This document shows positions 8,618 through 18,438 of a stretch of DNA of 64,000 nt, piece by piece. The stretch is from NCBI GenBank assembly GCA_963778925.1, contig CAVZWE010000020.1, forward strand, positions 137,087 to 201,086. The letters are read 5' to 3'. A program made the position numbers and the translations under genes. Position 1 is the first letter of the stretch; each line of letters starts with the position of its first letter. The stretch is from an uncultured Alphaproteobacteria bacterium (GTDB taxonomy: Bacteria; Pseudomonadota; Alphaproteobacteria; Rhizobiales; Xanthobacteraceae). The notes under the pieces were generated by a model that was given only the letters and a program-made list of their open reading frames with translations, did not search any database and was not told where the DNA came from.

Positions 8618-9964
8618 TCACGCCGCAGCGGCAGCGACATCTTCCAGCCCGCGGTTGCGCGGCTCGATGCCCCAGGCCCACACCACCACGATCTGGATGA
8701 TCACAAGGCCGATCATCAGCCACAGCACCCCCGGCAATTGGTAGGATGCCATCAGGCTGCCGACGATGAAGGGCGAGATCACGGTGGCACCGCGCCCGAA
8801 GGTGTTGCAGATGCCGTTGGCGCGCAGCCTGATCTCTGTCGGGAACAGTTCGGGCGTATAGACGCCGAACAGGATCGCGGTCTGTACATAGATCGCCACG
8901 ATCAGCACGAATCCGACGCTTAGCACGATCGCCGGATCCGACGCCGCGTTGAAGCGGGCATAGATGTAGCCCGAGATGATGGTGACGACCGACGCGCCGA
9001 TGATGCTGGCGCGCCGACCGATCGCGTCGGACGACCAGGCGCCGAGCGCGCAGCCGACCAGCGAGGCGATCGACAGCACCAGCGTGTAGGCCAGCGAATT
9101 GGCGATGGTCAGCCCCTGGCGCAGGAAGAATTGCGGCAGGAACAGCACGAAGCCGAAGATCAGGGTGTTGATCGTGATCAGCACCCAGCAGCCGACGATC
9201 ATGCGCTGCAAGAGCGGCGGCCGCAGCATGTCGGCTGCGGTGACCTGCGGCACGGCGGCCGGCACCACCACCGGCGGCAGCGTCGCTCCGGCGGCGGATT
9301 CCTTTTCGATTGACTGCATCAGCGCTTCGGCTTCCGCGGTGCGGCCCTGCGATTCGAGCCAGCGCGGCGATTCCGGGAGATTCTTGCGCAGATACCAGAC
9401 GATCAGCGAGCCGATTCCGGCGATGACGAACATCGGGCGCCAGCCAAAGGCCGGGATGATGAGATAGCCGAGCAGCGCGGTCGCCGGGAACCCGGCCACC
9501 ACCAGGAACGCCATCATCGACAGCCAGCGCCCGCGCGTCTTCGGCGGAACGAATTCGGTCAGCGTCGAATAGCCGACCACGATTTCGGCACCTAAGCCCA
9601 AGCCCTGCACGAAGCGGCAGGCGATCAGCTGAGTCATATCCTGCGCGAACGCCGCCGCCAGCGACGCCAGCCCGAAAATCAAGAGATTGATCTGATAGGT
9701 GAAGCGGCGCCCGAACCTGTCGCCGACAAATCCGGTGATCAGCGCGCCCAGCGTCATGCCGACAAAGGTCAGCGAGATGAATTGCAGGTTTTGCGGTATG
9801 GTCGAGAATTTGGTCTGGATTGCGGAGGCCAGCACGCCGCCGGCGATATAGAGATCGTAGCCGTCGAAAAACATGCCGGCGCCGACCAGCCAGAAGATCC
9901 GGTAGTGAAACGACGAGATCGGCAGCCGGTCGAGACGTGCGCCGGCGTTTACTGCGGTAGCCAT
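8618..9964 (-). CDS. MFS transporter (aromatic acid/sugar porter-like)
   Basis: FFDGYD, GDRFGRR, EFVP..RG, PESPRWL, ELFPTEIR; about 12 TM segments. Confidence 0.9.
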   Translation of the reverse strand: MATAVNAGARLDRLPISSFHYRIFWLVGAGMFFDGYDLYIAGGVLASAIQTKFSTIPQNLQFISLTFVGMTLGALITGFVGDRFGRRFTYQINLLIFGLASLAAAFAQDMTQLIACRFVQGLGLGAEIVVGYSTLTEFVPPKTRGRWLSMMAFLVVAGFPATALLGYLIIPAFGWRPMFVIAGIGSLIVWYLRKNLPESPRWLESQGRTAEAEALMQSIEKESAAGATLPPVVVPAAVPQVTAADMLRPPLLQRMIVGCWVLITINTLIFGFVLFLPQFFLRQGLTIANSLAYTLVLSIASLVGCALGAWSSDAIGRRASIIGASVVTIISGYIYARFNAASDPAIVLSVGFVLIVAIYVQTAILFGVYTPELFPTEIRLRANGICNTFGRGATVISPFIVGSLMASYQLPGVLWLMIGLVIIQIVVVWAWGIEPRNRGLEDVAAAAA

Positions 9965-10040
9965 TGTGAAGTTCCCCCCTGTTTGATTTCAAATGCGGCG
10001 CCGGTCTTCTCTGGACGCGGTGTGGCCGCTGTTTATTGGT

Positions 10041-11570
10041 TCAGTTCAAACGCCGTTGCGTCGCCGTGTCACGGTACCAGTCGAACGGCTGATCACCGGT
10101 GGCGACCATCACGCTCTTGGTGTTGAAATGGTCGTCAAAGCTTTCGGTGCCGAATTCGCGCCCGACGCCTGAATCATCGACGCCGCCCCAGGGCGAGGCC
10201 GGGTCGAGGCGGTGATGGTCGTTGATCCAGACGATGCCGGCCTTGACGCTGGCAGCGAGGCGATGCGCGCGGGCGATGTCGCGGGTGCGGATTGCGGCCG
10301 CCAGCCCAAACGGAGAATCATTGGCAAGCAGCAAGGCGTCGGCCTCGTCCTTGAACGGCGTCACTGAGGTAAACGGTCCGAACACCTCCTGCTGGAAGAT
10401 GCGCATGTCGGACTTCACGTCCGCAAACACCGTGGGCTCGACGAAATAGCCGTTGTCATGGCCCGGAATCTTGGCGGCGGCGCCGCCGGTCACCAGCCGC
10501 GCGCCGTCGTCACGGCCAAACTGGCAATAGGACAGCACGCGGTCGCGCTGCCGCGCCGAGATCACCGGGCCGAGCTGGGTTGCGGGATCGAAGGGATCGC
10601 CGATGCGGATGCTTTTGGTCTTCGCCTTCAGCTTCTCGACGAACTCGTCATAGATCGAGGTCTGCACCAGATGCCGCGAGGCGCAGACGCAGGTCTGCCC
10701 CGCGCCGATGAAGGCGCCGAACGCGGCATAGTTGACGGCCTGATCGACATCGTAATCGCCAAACACCATCACCGGCGTCTTGCCGCCGAGCTCCATGGTC
10801 TGGTGCGCGAACACTTTAGCGGCAGCAGCGCCTGCGATACGGCCGGCTTCGGTGCCGCCGGTGAGCACCAGCTTGTTGATGTCGGGGTGTTCGGCGAGCA
10901 TTTTGCCGGCGCTCTGGCCAAGCCCGAGCACGACATTGAATACGCCCGGCGGCAGTCCCGCTTCGGTGAAGATCTGCGCCAGTTTTAGCGTCGTCAGCGG
11001 CGTATATTCCGACGGTTTTACGACCGTGACGCAGCCGCTCGCCAGCACCGCGGCCAGCGACTTGCACATGATCATCAGGGGATGATTGAACGGAGTGCAA
11101 TTGGCGACGATGCCGATTGGCGTGCGCAGGGTGTAGTTCAGATACGAACCTTCGACCGGAATGACCGCGTCGCGCCGCGCCAGCGCCAGGCCCGCGAAAT
11201 AGCGGAAAAAGTCCGGCAGCCGCGACAGCTGCGCGCGGGTCTCGTTGAGCGGGCGGCCATTGTTGAGCGTCTCCAGCCGGTACAACTGCTCCAGATTGGC
11301 CTCGAACGCATCCGCGAGCCGGTTGACCAGCCGGGCGCGGGCGCGAATGTCCATGCCGCCCCACGCGCGGCTTTCGAAGGCTGCGCGCGCGCCCTTCATC
11401 GCGCGGTCGATGTCGTCGGCGGTCGAATTAGGGATCTGCGCGATCACGTCGCCGGTGGCGGGATTGCGGACGTCGAGCATCTCGCTCGAGCCTGCTTCGA
11501 TTTCGCGGCCGTCGACGAAATTGCCGTGGATTTCGACCTCGGCGGTGGATGGTTTGGAAGGAATATTCAT
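10041..11570 (-). CDS. Aldehyde dehydrogenase
   Basis: MELGGK, GQTCVCASR, EVFGP, FGLAAA; start set at MNIPSK. Confidence 0.9.
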   Translation of the reverse strand: MNIPSKPSTAEVEIHGNFVDGREIEAGSSEMLDVRNPATGDVIAQIPNSTADDIDRAMKGARAAFESRAWGGMDIRARARLVNRLADAFEANLEQLYRLETLNNGRPLNETRAQLSRLPDFFRYFAGLALARRDAVIPVEGSYLNYTLRTPIGIVANCTPFNHPLMIMCKSLAAVLASGCVTVVKPSEYTPLTTLKLAQIFTEAGLPPGVFNVVLGLGQSAGKMLAEHPDINKLVLTGGTEAGRIAGAAAAKVFAHQTMELGGKTPVMVFGDYDVDQAVNYAAFGAFIGAGQTCVCASRHLVQTSIYDEFVEKLKAKTKSIRIGDPFDPATQLGPVISARQRDRVLSYCQFGRDDGARLVTGGAAAKIPGHDNGYFVEPTVFADVKSDMRIFQQEVFGPFTSVTPFKDEADALLLANDSPFGLAAAIRTRDIARAHRLAASVKAGIVWINDHHRLDPASPWGGVDDSGVGREFGTESFDDHFNTKSVMVATGDQPFDWYRDTATQRRLN

Positions 11571-11626
11571 CGGTCTCTTCCTTCGATCATGATCCAAAAC
11601 GGATCGTGACCTCGTCTCTTTGTTTG

Positions 11627-11673
11627 AGCATGATCTCTTCGGAAAACCGCGCTCCACTTTTCCGGATCATGCT
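11627..11673. repeat. AGCATGATC...GATCATGCT palindromic intergenic repeat
   Basis: Inverted ends around GGAAAA...TTTTCC core; overlaps the gntR stop. Confidence 0.55.
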
Positions 11674-12308
11674 TCGACGATCACCGCGTTGCGCATGAGC
11701 GCCGGCAGCACGCGTTTTTCGGTTTGTGAAATATGCGCCTTGATGATGCGGGAGGCAGTCCGCCCGTCGCGGCGCTGCATCGCCTCGATCAAGGCGACGT
11801 GCTCGGCCACCAGTTGCGCCGGGTCATGGCCCTTGACATTGGCGACGCTGACGCGCACCAGGCGATCGGCCTGTCCGATCAGGTCGCACAGCGAAGCCGC
11901 CATGCGGCGGTTGCCCGAGGCATGCGCGAGCGCCGAGTGAAAGGCCCGGTTATAGGCGATGAAGTCTTCGTGGTTGCCGGCAAAGCGCCTGTATTCGTCG
12001 AGCGCGTTCAGAACTTCATCGGATGCATTCTCGATTGCCTCCGCAACGCAGGCCGGTTCCAGCGCGAAGCGAAACCGCAACAGGTCGCGCGCATCGGAAA
12101 GCGAGATCGGATTGACCCGATAGCCCTGGCGCGGCTGCACGGTGACGAGATGCTCGCGTTCCAGCCGCAGCAAGGCCTCGCGCACCGGCTGGCGGCTGAC
12201 GGCATAGCGTTCGGCCAGCTCCTGCTCGCGCATATCATCGCCTGGCGCGAGGCGGCAGGTCAGAATATCAGCGCGCAGATTCTCGTAGACATTATCGCGC
12301 AAAAGCAT
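11667..12308 (-). CDS. GntR/FadR family regulator
   Basis: EQELAERYAVSRQPVREAL HTH; FCD motif NRAFHSAL. Confidence 0.9.
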   Translation of the reverse strand: MLLRDNVYENLRADILTCRLAPGDDMREQELAERYAVSRQPVREALLRLEREHLVTVQPRQGYRVNPISLSDARDLLRFRFALEPACVAEAIENASDEVLNALDEYRRFAGNHEDFIAYNRAFHSALAHASGNRRMAASLCDLIGQADRLVRVSVANVKGHDPAQLVAEHVALIEAMQRRDGRTASRIIKAHISQTEKRVLPALMRNAVIVEA

Positions 12309-12462
12309 CGTAGTTTCCTTGGAGGTGGGCCTTAATTTCGCAGCCGTGAAATATCACGTCAAGTGACAAAGGCTTGAAAAGCCTGAATTTTGATTTATCA
12401 ATCGGCCGGCGCTGACGAACGCCGCCCCGTTGCAGTTTTCCAACCTTGAGAGAGACACCGCC

Positions 12463-13278
12463 ATGGATCGACTTCTCGCCGACGGTACGGTCAATGCGGC
12501 GCAGTCAGGCCAGGGGGCAGGCAAAGGGACAGGCAAAGTGCCGGCGCTTTTCCTGCTGCATTCGCTGCTGTCGGATCGCGCAAGTTTCGACGCCATTGTT
12601 CCCCGATTGTCGAAGTCGTTCCGGGTCATCGTTCCGGAACTGCCGGGCTTTGGCCGATCGAAGGCGGTCAGCGGCGGTCTTGCCGCGGTCGCCGACCGGA
12701 TGGCGGAAGCCGTGAAGGAGGGCGCCGGCGGCGGCGAGACCATCGTGCTCGGCAACGGTTATGGCGGGTTCGTCGCCCTGCAAATGGCCATTCGCCATCC
12801 CGGTATCGCAAGCCGGCTCATCCTCGCCGATTGCGGGGCGGCGTTTTCGGAAGAAGGGCGGCAGGCCTTCCGCAACATGGCGGCGGCTTCCAAAGCCAGG
12901 GGATTGGCGGCGATCACTGACGTCGCGATGCGGCGGTTGTTTGCGCCGGAGTTCCAGGCCCAGCATCCCGAACTGATGCGCGATCGGCGCGAGGCATTTT
13001 TGCGAACCGACCCCGAAGTGTTCCGTGCGGCCTGCGCTGCGCTGGCGGAACTCGACCTCCGGCCCGAGCTTGGTCGCCTCACCGTGCCGGTCCTGGTCCT
13101 GGTCGGCGAACATGACGAAGCGACGCCGCCGCCGATGTCGCACGAATTGGCCGCTCACCTGCCGAACGCGCGTCTTGCGATCATTCCCGGCTGCGCGCAC
13201 GTTCCGCAACTGCAATCGCCCGAGCTGTTCCTGGATGCGATCGGCGATTTCCTGCCGGCGGCGGCCGCGGCGAATTAA
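12463..13278 (+). CDS. Alpha/beta hydrolase (3-oxoadipate enol-lactonase-like)
   Basis: LHSLLSD, GNGYGG nucleophile elbow (Ser apparently replaced by Gly), GEHDEATP, GCAHVPQL. Confidence 0.8.
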   Translation: MDRLLADGTVNAAQSGQGAGKGTGKVPALFLLHSLLSDRASFDAIVPRLSKSFRVIVPELPGFGRSKAVSGGLAAVADRMAEAVKEGAGGGETIVLGNGYGGFVALQMAIRHPGIASRLILADCGAAFSEEGRQAFRNMAAASKARGLAAITDVAMRRLFAPEFQAQHPELMRDRREAFLRTDPEVFRAACAALAELDLRPELGRLTVPVLVLVGEHDEATPPPMSHELAAHLPNARLAIIPGCAHVPQLQSPELFLDAIGDFLPAAAAAN

Positions 13279-13324
13279 GGGTCGAACTTGACCTCCCGGT
13301 TACCAGTCCTGCCCGGCGCTCTGC

Positions 13325-13577
13325 TTACAGAAACTTGATCGTGAGCCAAACCGCCGCCCATATCGCCAGCGACAGCAGCGCGACCGATACGACGACGATG
13401 GCCAGGGCCCGCATCAGCGTGTTGGTGCCGGCGGCGAAGGAGGGTTGGTTTCGACGGGGACGGAAGTCGTCGCCGTCCTGGGGGATATGACCGCGGATTC
13501 CGGACATCCAGAGCACCAATTCCAGCACGTGCAAGCTCATCGTCCTGGCTCCCAACTGTCGCGCGATAAGACATCAT
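13325..13577 (-). pseudogene. Small single-TM protein with an apparent +1 frameshift in a G5 run (13480-13484)
   Basis: MSYRATVG...NPRSYP joins QDGDDF...ALAIVVVSVALLSLAIWAAVWL if one base is removed; span is 3n+1. Confidence 0.4.
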
Positions 13578-13641
13578 GGCCTGAAAATACCAGCCGCCTT
13601 TTGCGCGAGCGCAAACTCTCCATATTTTCCTGAGCCGGCAT

Positions 13642-13655
13642 TTGAGCCAGCGCAA
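13642..13655. promoter_or_regulatory. FixK2-type box TTGAGCCAGCGCAA
   Basis: Matches TTG(A/C)-N6-(T/G)CAA; lies between divergent small gene and hemN-like gene. Confidence 0.55.
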
Positions 13656-13750
13656 GGCCGCATCCCCTCGTTTGGGCTATCGAACGTGGAACTTGGGGGT
13701 GCGCTGACAGGCCCCGGTTGCAGTTCAATGATCCGGGGACGGTTTTGAAG

Positions 13751-15001
13751 ATGAAGCAAGATCTTGCGGCGTGCTACCGCCAGGAGTGGTTGCCCCGAAA
13801 TACCGGCTATCCGGCCGCGCCGCATTTCTCGTCCGCCATCGGTCCCGATACCTATGCGGAATGGCTCAAGGCCATGCCGCCACGTGCCAGCGCGTCGCTC
13901 TATCTGCACGTTCCGTTCTGCCGGTATTGCGGTCACGATGCCCCGGCCACCAGCCGCGACCAGCCGATCGCGATCTACGAATCCGCGCTGCGCTGTGAAA
14001 TCGATCTGGTATCGCGGCAAATCGATCGCCGCATCAAGGTCGACCGCATCCACCTTGGCGGCGGAACGCCGACCATGATGGCGCCGGAGTCTTTCATCGA
14101 TCTGATCGGATCGGTCCGCCACGCCTTCTTCGTGCCGCCCTCGGCCGAAATTGCCGTCGAGATCGACCCACGCGGGCTGACGCGCCGGATGATCGACGCA
14201 CTGGCCTATGGCGGCGTCAACCGTGCGAAACTCGGCGTTCACAGTTTCGACCCCGTGGTCCAGCGTGCCATCGGCCTGGTGCAAAATTTCGAAGAGACCG
14301 CGGCGGCGGCGATAGCCTTGCGGCGGGCCGGCATCGCCGGCATCAATTTGAACCTGACCTATGGACCGCCGTACCAGACCGTCGCGTCATGTCTCGACAC
14401 CGTGCGCCGCTGCGTCGGGATTCGCCCCGATCGCTTTTCGCTGTTCAGCTACGCGCAGGTGCCGGCGTTCAAGCAGCCCCGGCGCAGGATCGATGCGGCG
14501 CCGCTGCCCGACAGTTGCGAACGCAACGACCAGTACCATGCGATCGCCGATGCGTTGAAGGAAGCCGGATATCAGCAGATCGGGCTGGACCGCTTTGCGC
14601 TTGCCGATGACGAGATGGCGCTGACGCTGCGCGAAGCAAGGCTTCCCAGCAACTTTCAGGACCACACCATCGATGCCGGCGACGTCCTGCTCGGCTTCGG
14701 CGCCGGTGCCATCGGAAGGCTGCCGCAGGGCTATGTGCAGAACGAGGCGCAAACGCACGCCTATGCGGAAAAGATTGCCTGCGGCGGATTGGCAACGGTC
14801 AGAGGCTACGCATTGACCGACGTTGACCGTCGACGCGCCGAGATCATCGAGCGCATCATGGGCGAATTCGGCGCCGATCTCGACCGGATCTGCGCCCGGG
14901 ACGGATCGATTCCTGAGATGAAATCGTCGCCGCGTGCTGGGGATCGGAACCCGGATGGCTTCCTCGCGTTCGACGGCACCTCGCTCGCTCTGACGGGATA
15001 A
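13751..15001 (+). pseudogene. hemN: Degenerate HemN-like radical SAM protein (CxxxCxxC reduced to CRYCGH, short C-terminus)
   Basis: YPAAPHF, LYLHVPFC, GGGTPT, GVHSFDP, GFGAGAIG; second cluster Cys missing. Confidence 0.7.
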
Positions 15002-15102
15002 TTTACGCCGGGGTCAATGCTGACAATTTGAGCAGGCCGGGCGCATTATCCGTTCGACGATCGCCATCCGCATGCCTAGTCTTACCCAAGCCTTGAGGAG
15101 GG

Positions 15103-15591
15103 TTGATGCGCACGGTTCTCGACTACTGCAGCGGAGGAATTCAGCGAAACGTCCCTGCGGGGACGATCGTCATTCACGAGGGCGGCACCACAGGGCACCT
15201 CTTTGTGCTGATCGAGGGACGGCTCGAGGTCATCAAGGGCGATACCGTCGTTGCCGCCATCCATGAGCCGGGCGCGGTGGTCGGCGAAATGTCGGTCCTG
15301 CTCGACCAGCCCCATACCGCGACCGTCCGCGCCGCCTCGGATTCCCTGATCTACGAATTCGGCAATGCCGCATCGTTCCTGCGCGACCAGCCGGAGGTGG
15401 CGCTCCTGATCGCCCGGCTTCTGGCGCAGCGGCTCAATGTCGCCACCACCTATCTCGCCGACATCATGCATCAATATGCCGGCCACGGCGATCACCTCGC
15501 GATGGTCGGCGAGATCCTGCAGAGCATGATCAACCTGCCGCCGATCAGGGTCTCGCCGGGTTCGGATCGGCAATCCGACTCCAGACTTTGA
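15103..15591 (+). CDS. Cyclic nucleotide-binding domain protein (stand-alone)
   Basis: VIHEGG...LFVLIEGRLEV...GEMSVLLDQPHTATVRA. Confidence 0.85.
   Translation: MMRTVLDYCSGGIQRNVPAGTIVIHEGGTTGHLFVLIEGRLEVIKGDTVVAAIHEPGAVVGEMSVLLDQPHTATVRAASDSLIYEFGNAASFLRDQPEVALLIARLLAQRLNVATTYLADIMHQYAGHGDHLAMVGEILQSMINLPPIRVSPGSDRQSDSRL
15506..15585 (+). repeat. Direct repeat copy A (3' end of cNMP gene) of 33177-33256
   Basis: 67/73 identical by manual alignment to 33177-33249. Confidence 0.85.
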
Positions 15592-15746
15592 AGTCATTTG
15601 TTTCTCGGGTCATTTTTAGCTTCGACCCCGGCTCTTGTCTCCGGCCGCCGCCCAAATGGCGTGACACGCTGCCTGCCGCCGTCTGCCGCCCGGTGTCTGC
15701 CGCCTGTCCCATCGAGGTGATGATGGCGCGGTCGCGGTCGCCGACC

Positions 15747-16016
15747 TTATTTCGGAAGGCATTCCACATTAAAGGCAATGATGATCTGTGCTGGGTCAGC
15801 TTTACCTAGGCTCTTCAAGTCTTCTAAACCACTTTTCAGCTTGGCTCCCGCCTCCTTTAAGCTGCCCTCAAGTGTCGACTTGGCCGCCCTGCATCGCTTT
15901 TCATTCGAGAACTCCTGAAACACCACGGTTGGGAGGAGCCTCCATTCCGCCCTGTCGTTTGTAGCGGCCGGACTGACTGAGTAGGAGAAGACGTACATCA
16001 GGATCCACATCGGCAT
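15747..16016 (-). CDS. Small hypothetical, possibly exported protein
   Basis: MWILMYVF...QEFSNEKRCRAA...VECLPK; hydrophobic start and two Cys. Confidence 0.4.
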   Translation of the reverse strand: MPMWILMYVFSYSVSPAATNDRAEWRLLPTVVFQEFSNEKRCRAAKSTLEGSLKEAGAKLKSGLEDLKSLGKADPAQIIIAFNVECLPK

Positions 16017-16406
16017 GCTCCACTTGTGATGCGACGGCAGTGACCGCCTGCGCCCCCAACGCCATCGTCGATAAGATGGTCGCGCCTCGCTTGCTTCGGT
16101 GCTTTCGGTGTCGTCGCAATGATGGTGTCCACGCCTCATCAGCATGCCATGATCTAGATCAAAGCGATCGCGGCGCGTGCGGAGTGCCGAGATCGCGATG
16201 GGTTGACGCCGGTCGATAAGATCAGCACCGGGACGGTGTCGGGTCTTGCTTACCCGCCTGCTGTTTGCGCGCCCACAACCGATAGGCTTCCTCGATAAAC
16301 GGATCGTCGGCTGTCAGCTCCGGTATCAACCGCGCACCTTCCTAGCGGAAGTGTTCTGGACCACGCCCCAGTTTGCGACGGTGGCGGCTCGCTAAGAGCA
16401 GATGTT

Positions 16407-16478
16407 TTCCGCTCTTCCCCCGAAACCGGACGTCGCTCAATACGGTCGGCATGTCCGTTCGGTGCCAATTTCGGAAGT
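16407..16478 (+). repeat. Tripartite GTCCG repeat, units B and C
   Basis: TTCCGCTCTTCCCCCGAAACCGGACGT and ATGTCCGTTCGGTGCCAATTTCGGAAGT. Confidence 0.6.
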
Positions 16479-16564
16479 CCGCCAAATGTCATTTCTTGAT
16501 CCTCGTAGAGCACCAAAGAGAGACCGCCTCGCGGCGGTCTCTCCGAGTCCAACCAGTACTTTGA

Positions 16565-17164
16565 TCAAGCAGCTCGCTTGAACGCTTCCCATGCCGCCTC
16601 ATTGGCGCGATCGAAGGCAGCGCGCGTTTCCGTCAAAGCTGCCATAAGTGCGGACCATGACTGGGTCCCCGCCTGGTTCAACTTCTCGAGTTTCTTCTCC
16701 GCGTCGACTGCATCGGCGTTCATACGCTTCACGGCGGCGTCGATATCGCCCCGACGCTCAGAAGCGAATTTTTTGGCATCGCTGCCAAGCTTGTCGGCCG
16801 CTTCGCGCCACGCTTTCAATTGGGCATCGGCTTGAAGCTTGAACGTCGCCTGCTGGTGCTCGATTTGCTTGCCGAAGCTCTCGACATATTTCTTGACCTC
16901 GGCCTCGAACGAGCGCCAGTCATCCTCTAGTTTTGCCTTTGCCTGGATCCAGGCGGCCTCGTTAGCTTCCGACTGCTTCTTCATGGTGTCCCGGAAGTCA
17001 TCACGCTGCTTGCGCAGTTCAGCCAGAGTCTTCTCAGCCTTGTCGCGGACATCGGCCTGCACCTCGGCTACCTTGCCTTCAAGCGATGTCACTGCGGCGT
17101 CCATTTCATCAAGACGCTCCTTGGCCCAATTTGTAAAGAAGTGGGGATTGCTTTGCGTAACCAT
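16565..17164 (-). CDS. All-helical coiled-coil hypothetical protein (apolipoprotein/phasin-like)
   Basis: Ala/Glu/Lys/Gln-rich amphipathic sequence; RBS GAGGAG. Confidence 0.7.
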   Translation of the reverse strand: MVTQSNPHFFTNWAKERLDEMDAAVTSLEGKVAEVQADVRDKAEKTLAELRKQRDDFRDTMKKQSEANEAAWIQAKAKLEDDWRSFEAEVKKYVESFGKQIEHQQATFKLQADAQLKAWREAADKLGSDAKKFASERRGDIDAAVKRMNADAVDAEKKLEKLNQAGTQSWSALMAALTETRAAFDRANEAAWEAFKRAA

Positions 17165-17221
17165 TTGCTTATCTCCTCGCATGCCCCATTTTTCTGATTA
17201 ATATGCCGCGCCAAGCTATCT

Positions 17222-17235
17222 TTGATGTAAGTCAA
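17222..17235. promoter_or_regulatory. FixK/FNR box TTGATGTAAGTCAA
   Basis: TTGA-N6-TCAA, 58 nt upstream of the 17164 start. Confidence 0.6.
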
Positions 17236-17290
17236 CATCAAACCCAAGAGTAATCCTCGGTCTGACCGGACTTCACCTAAGAAGTTACGG

Positions 17291-17409
17291 AGGTCCGAAA
17301 TGGGTCAAACTCAGACCTCGGGGCGTATCTGAGGTAGGTCCGTTCGTCCCCCAACAACAGACATGAGGCGACTGCGGCAGCATGTCCGAAAGGTGCCAAA
17401 CGCAGACAT
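17291..17409 (+). repeat. Tripartite GTCCG repeat, complete A-B-C copy
   Basis: AGGTCCGAAATGGGTCAAACTCAGACCT (17291), AGGTCCGTTCGTCCCCCAACAACAGACAT (17336), ATGTCCGAAAGGTGCCAAACGCAGACAT (17382); spacing 45/46 nt. Confidence 0.7.
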
Positions 17410-17517
17410 CCCAACTCGCGGAACAATGATCGCCCTTCATGCACGGCTTTATCAGAAATCCCGGAGCGACCTCATTCCGTTGCTCGTGATTTGCTTACCA
17501 AACCTGGTCAGCGCCGA

Positions 17518-18369
17518 TCATGGCTTGGCAGGTGGGACAGCGCTTTCGGGCATCGGCATCTGCATATCCGAGGGCATAACCATGCTGCTGCCCCTCGGGA
17601 ATGTGGGAAGGAATCGGGGTGCCGCGATCACCACCACACCATAAACGACGAGAGCGGCCGCCGTCGCGCGAGCCGCCACGCGACCCCAAGGCAATGTTTT
17701 CTCCGCGAATATGACGAGCGTGATAACCGCCATGGCAGCGATATTCATGATGCCGAGTGGGAACAGGATGACGAACAGGAGCCAGCAACAGCCAAGGCAA
17801 TAGCCCCCGTGGAGCAATCCCATGCGCAACGCGCCCGCAGCACCGTCGCGCCACGATGTCATGATGAAGGTGATGGGCGTGCGGCACTTCGAAAGGCACA
17901 AGTCCTTCAAGGGTGTAAGCTGGTAGAGGCCCGCCGCGACGAGCACTATTCCGCCGACGCGGGCCGCGGTGGTCGGCGATAGCGCGGCACGCGCAGCAAC
18001 CGCCTCGGCGGCGAGCGCGCCGGCATAGGCTGCAACTCCCGACAGCCCCCACACCAAAAGGTATGTCACCGCGAATATCCAGGTTGAGACGAACGCTTCG
18101 CCGCGCTGTCGCTTGCCCGCCTGCACTTTATGGAAGGTGAGGATCATGGGCGCGGCAGTCGGAAACATCATGGCCACCATCATGATGACCCAGACCGCCA
18201 GGAACAGCGGCGCGCGCAGGCCCATGGTCGGCGAGTCCATCGCCATATCCATATCGGTGCCTGCGGCTTGCCAGACGAGCACCGCCCAAGCCGCTGCTGC
18301 GAGCGCCAGCAGCAAGCCCAAGATGACGTTACGTTGAAACGCGATCGGGCCCGTCTGGGTGCCGTCCAT
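17518..18369 (-). CDS. DUF2182 family metal-binding integral membrane protein
   Basis: WVIMMVAMMFP, YQLTPLKDLCLSKCR, GGYCLGCCWLL. Confidence 0.85.
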   Translation of the reverse strand: MDGTQTGPIAFQRNVILGLLLALAAAAWAVLVWQAAGTDMDMAMDSPTMGLRAPLFLAVWVIMMVAMMFPTAAPMILTFHKVQAGKRQRGEAFVSTWIFAVTYLLVWGLSGVAAYAGALAAEAVAARAALSPTTAARVGGIVLVAAGLYQLTPLKDLCLSKCRTPITFIMTSWRDGAAGALRMGLLHGGYCLGCCWLLFVILFPLGIMNIAAMAVITLVIFAEKTLPWGRVAARATAAALVVYGVVVIAAPRFLPTFPRGSSMVMPSDMQMPMPESAVPPAKP

Positions 18370-18438
18370 TTGAGCCTCCCTCGCGGCACCAGACCGCCGA
18401 TCTGGAAAATGGTCAACTTAGCGACGCGCGCAGCGCTG

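Noticed and set aside
16149-16162. ATGATCTAGATCAA near-FNR box
   Set aside because: One mismatch and no confident downstream gene at a suitable distance
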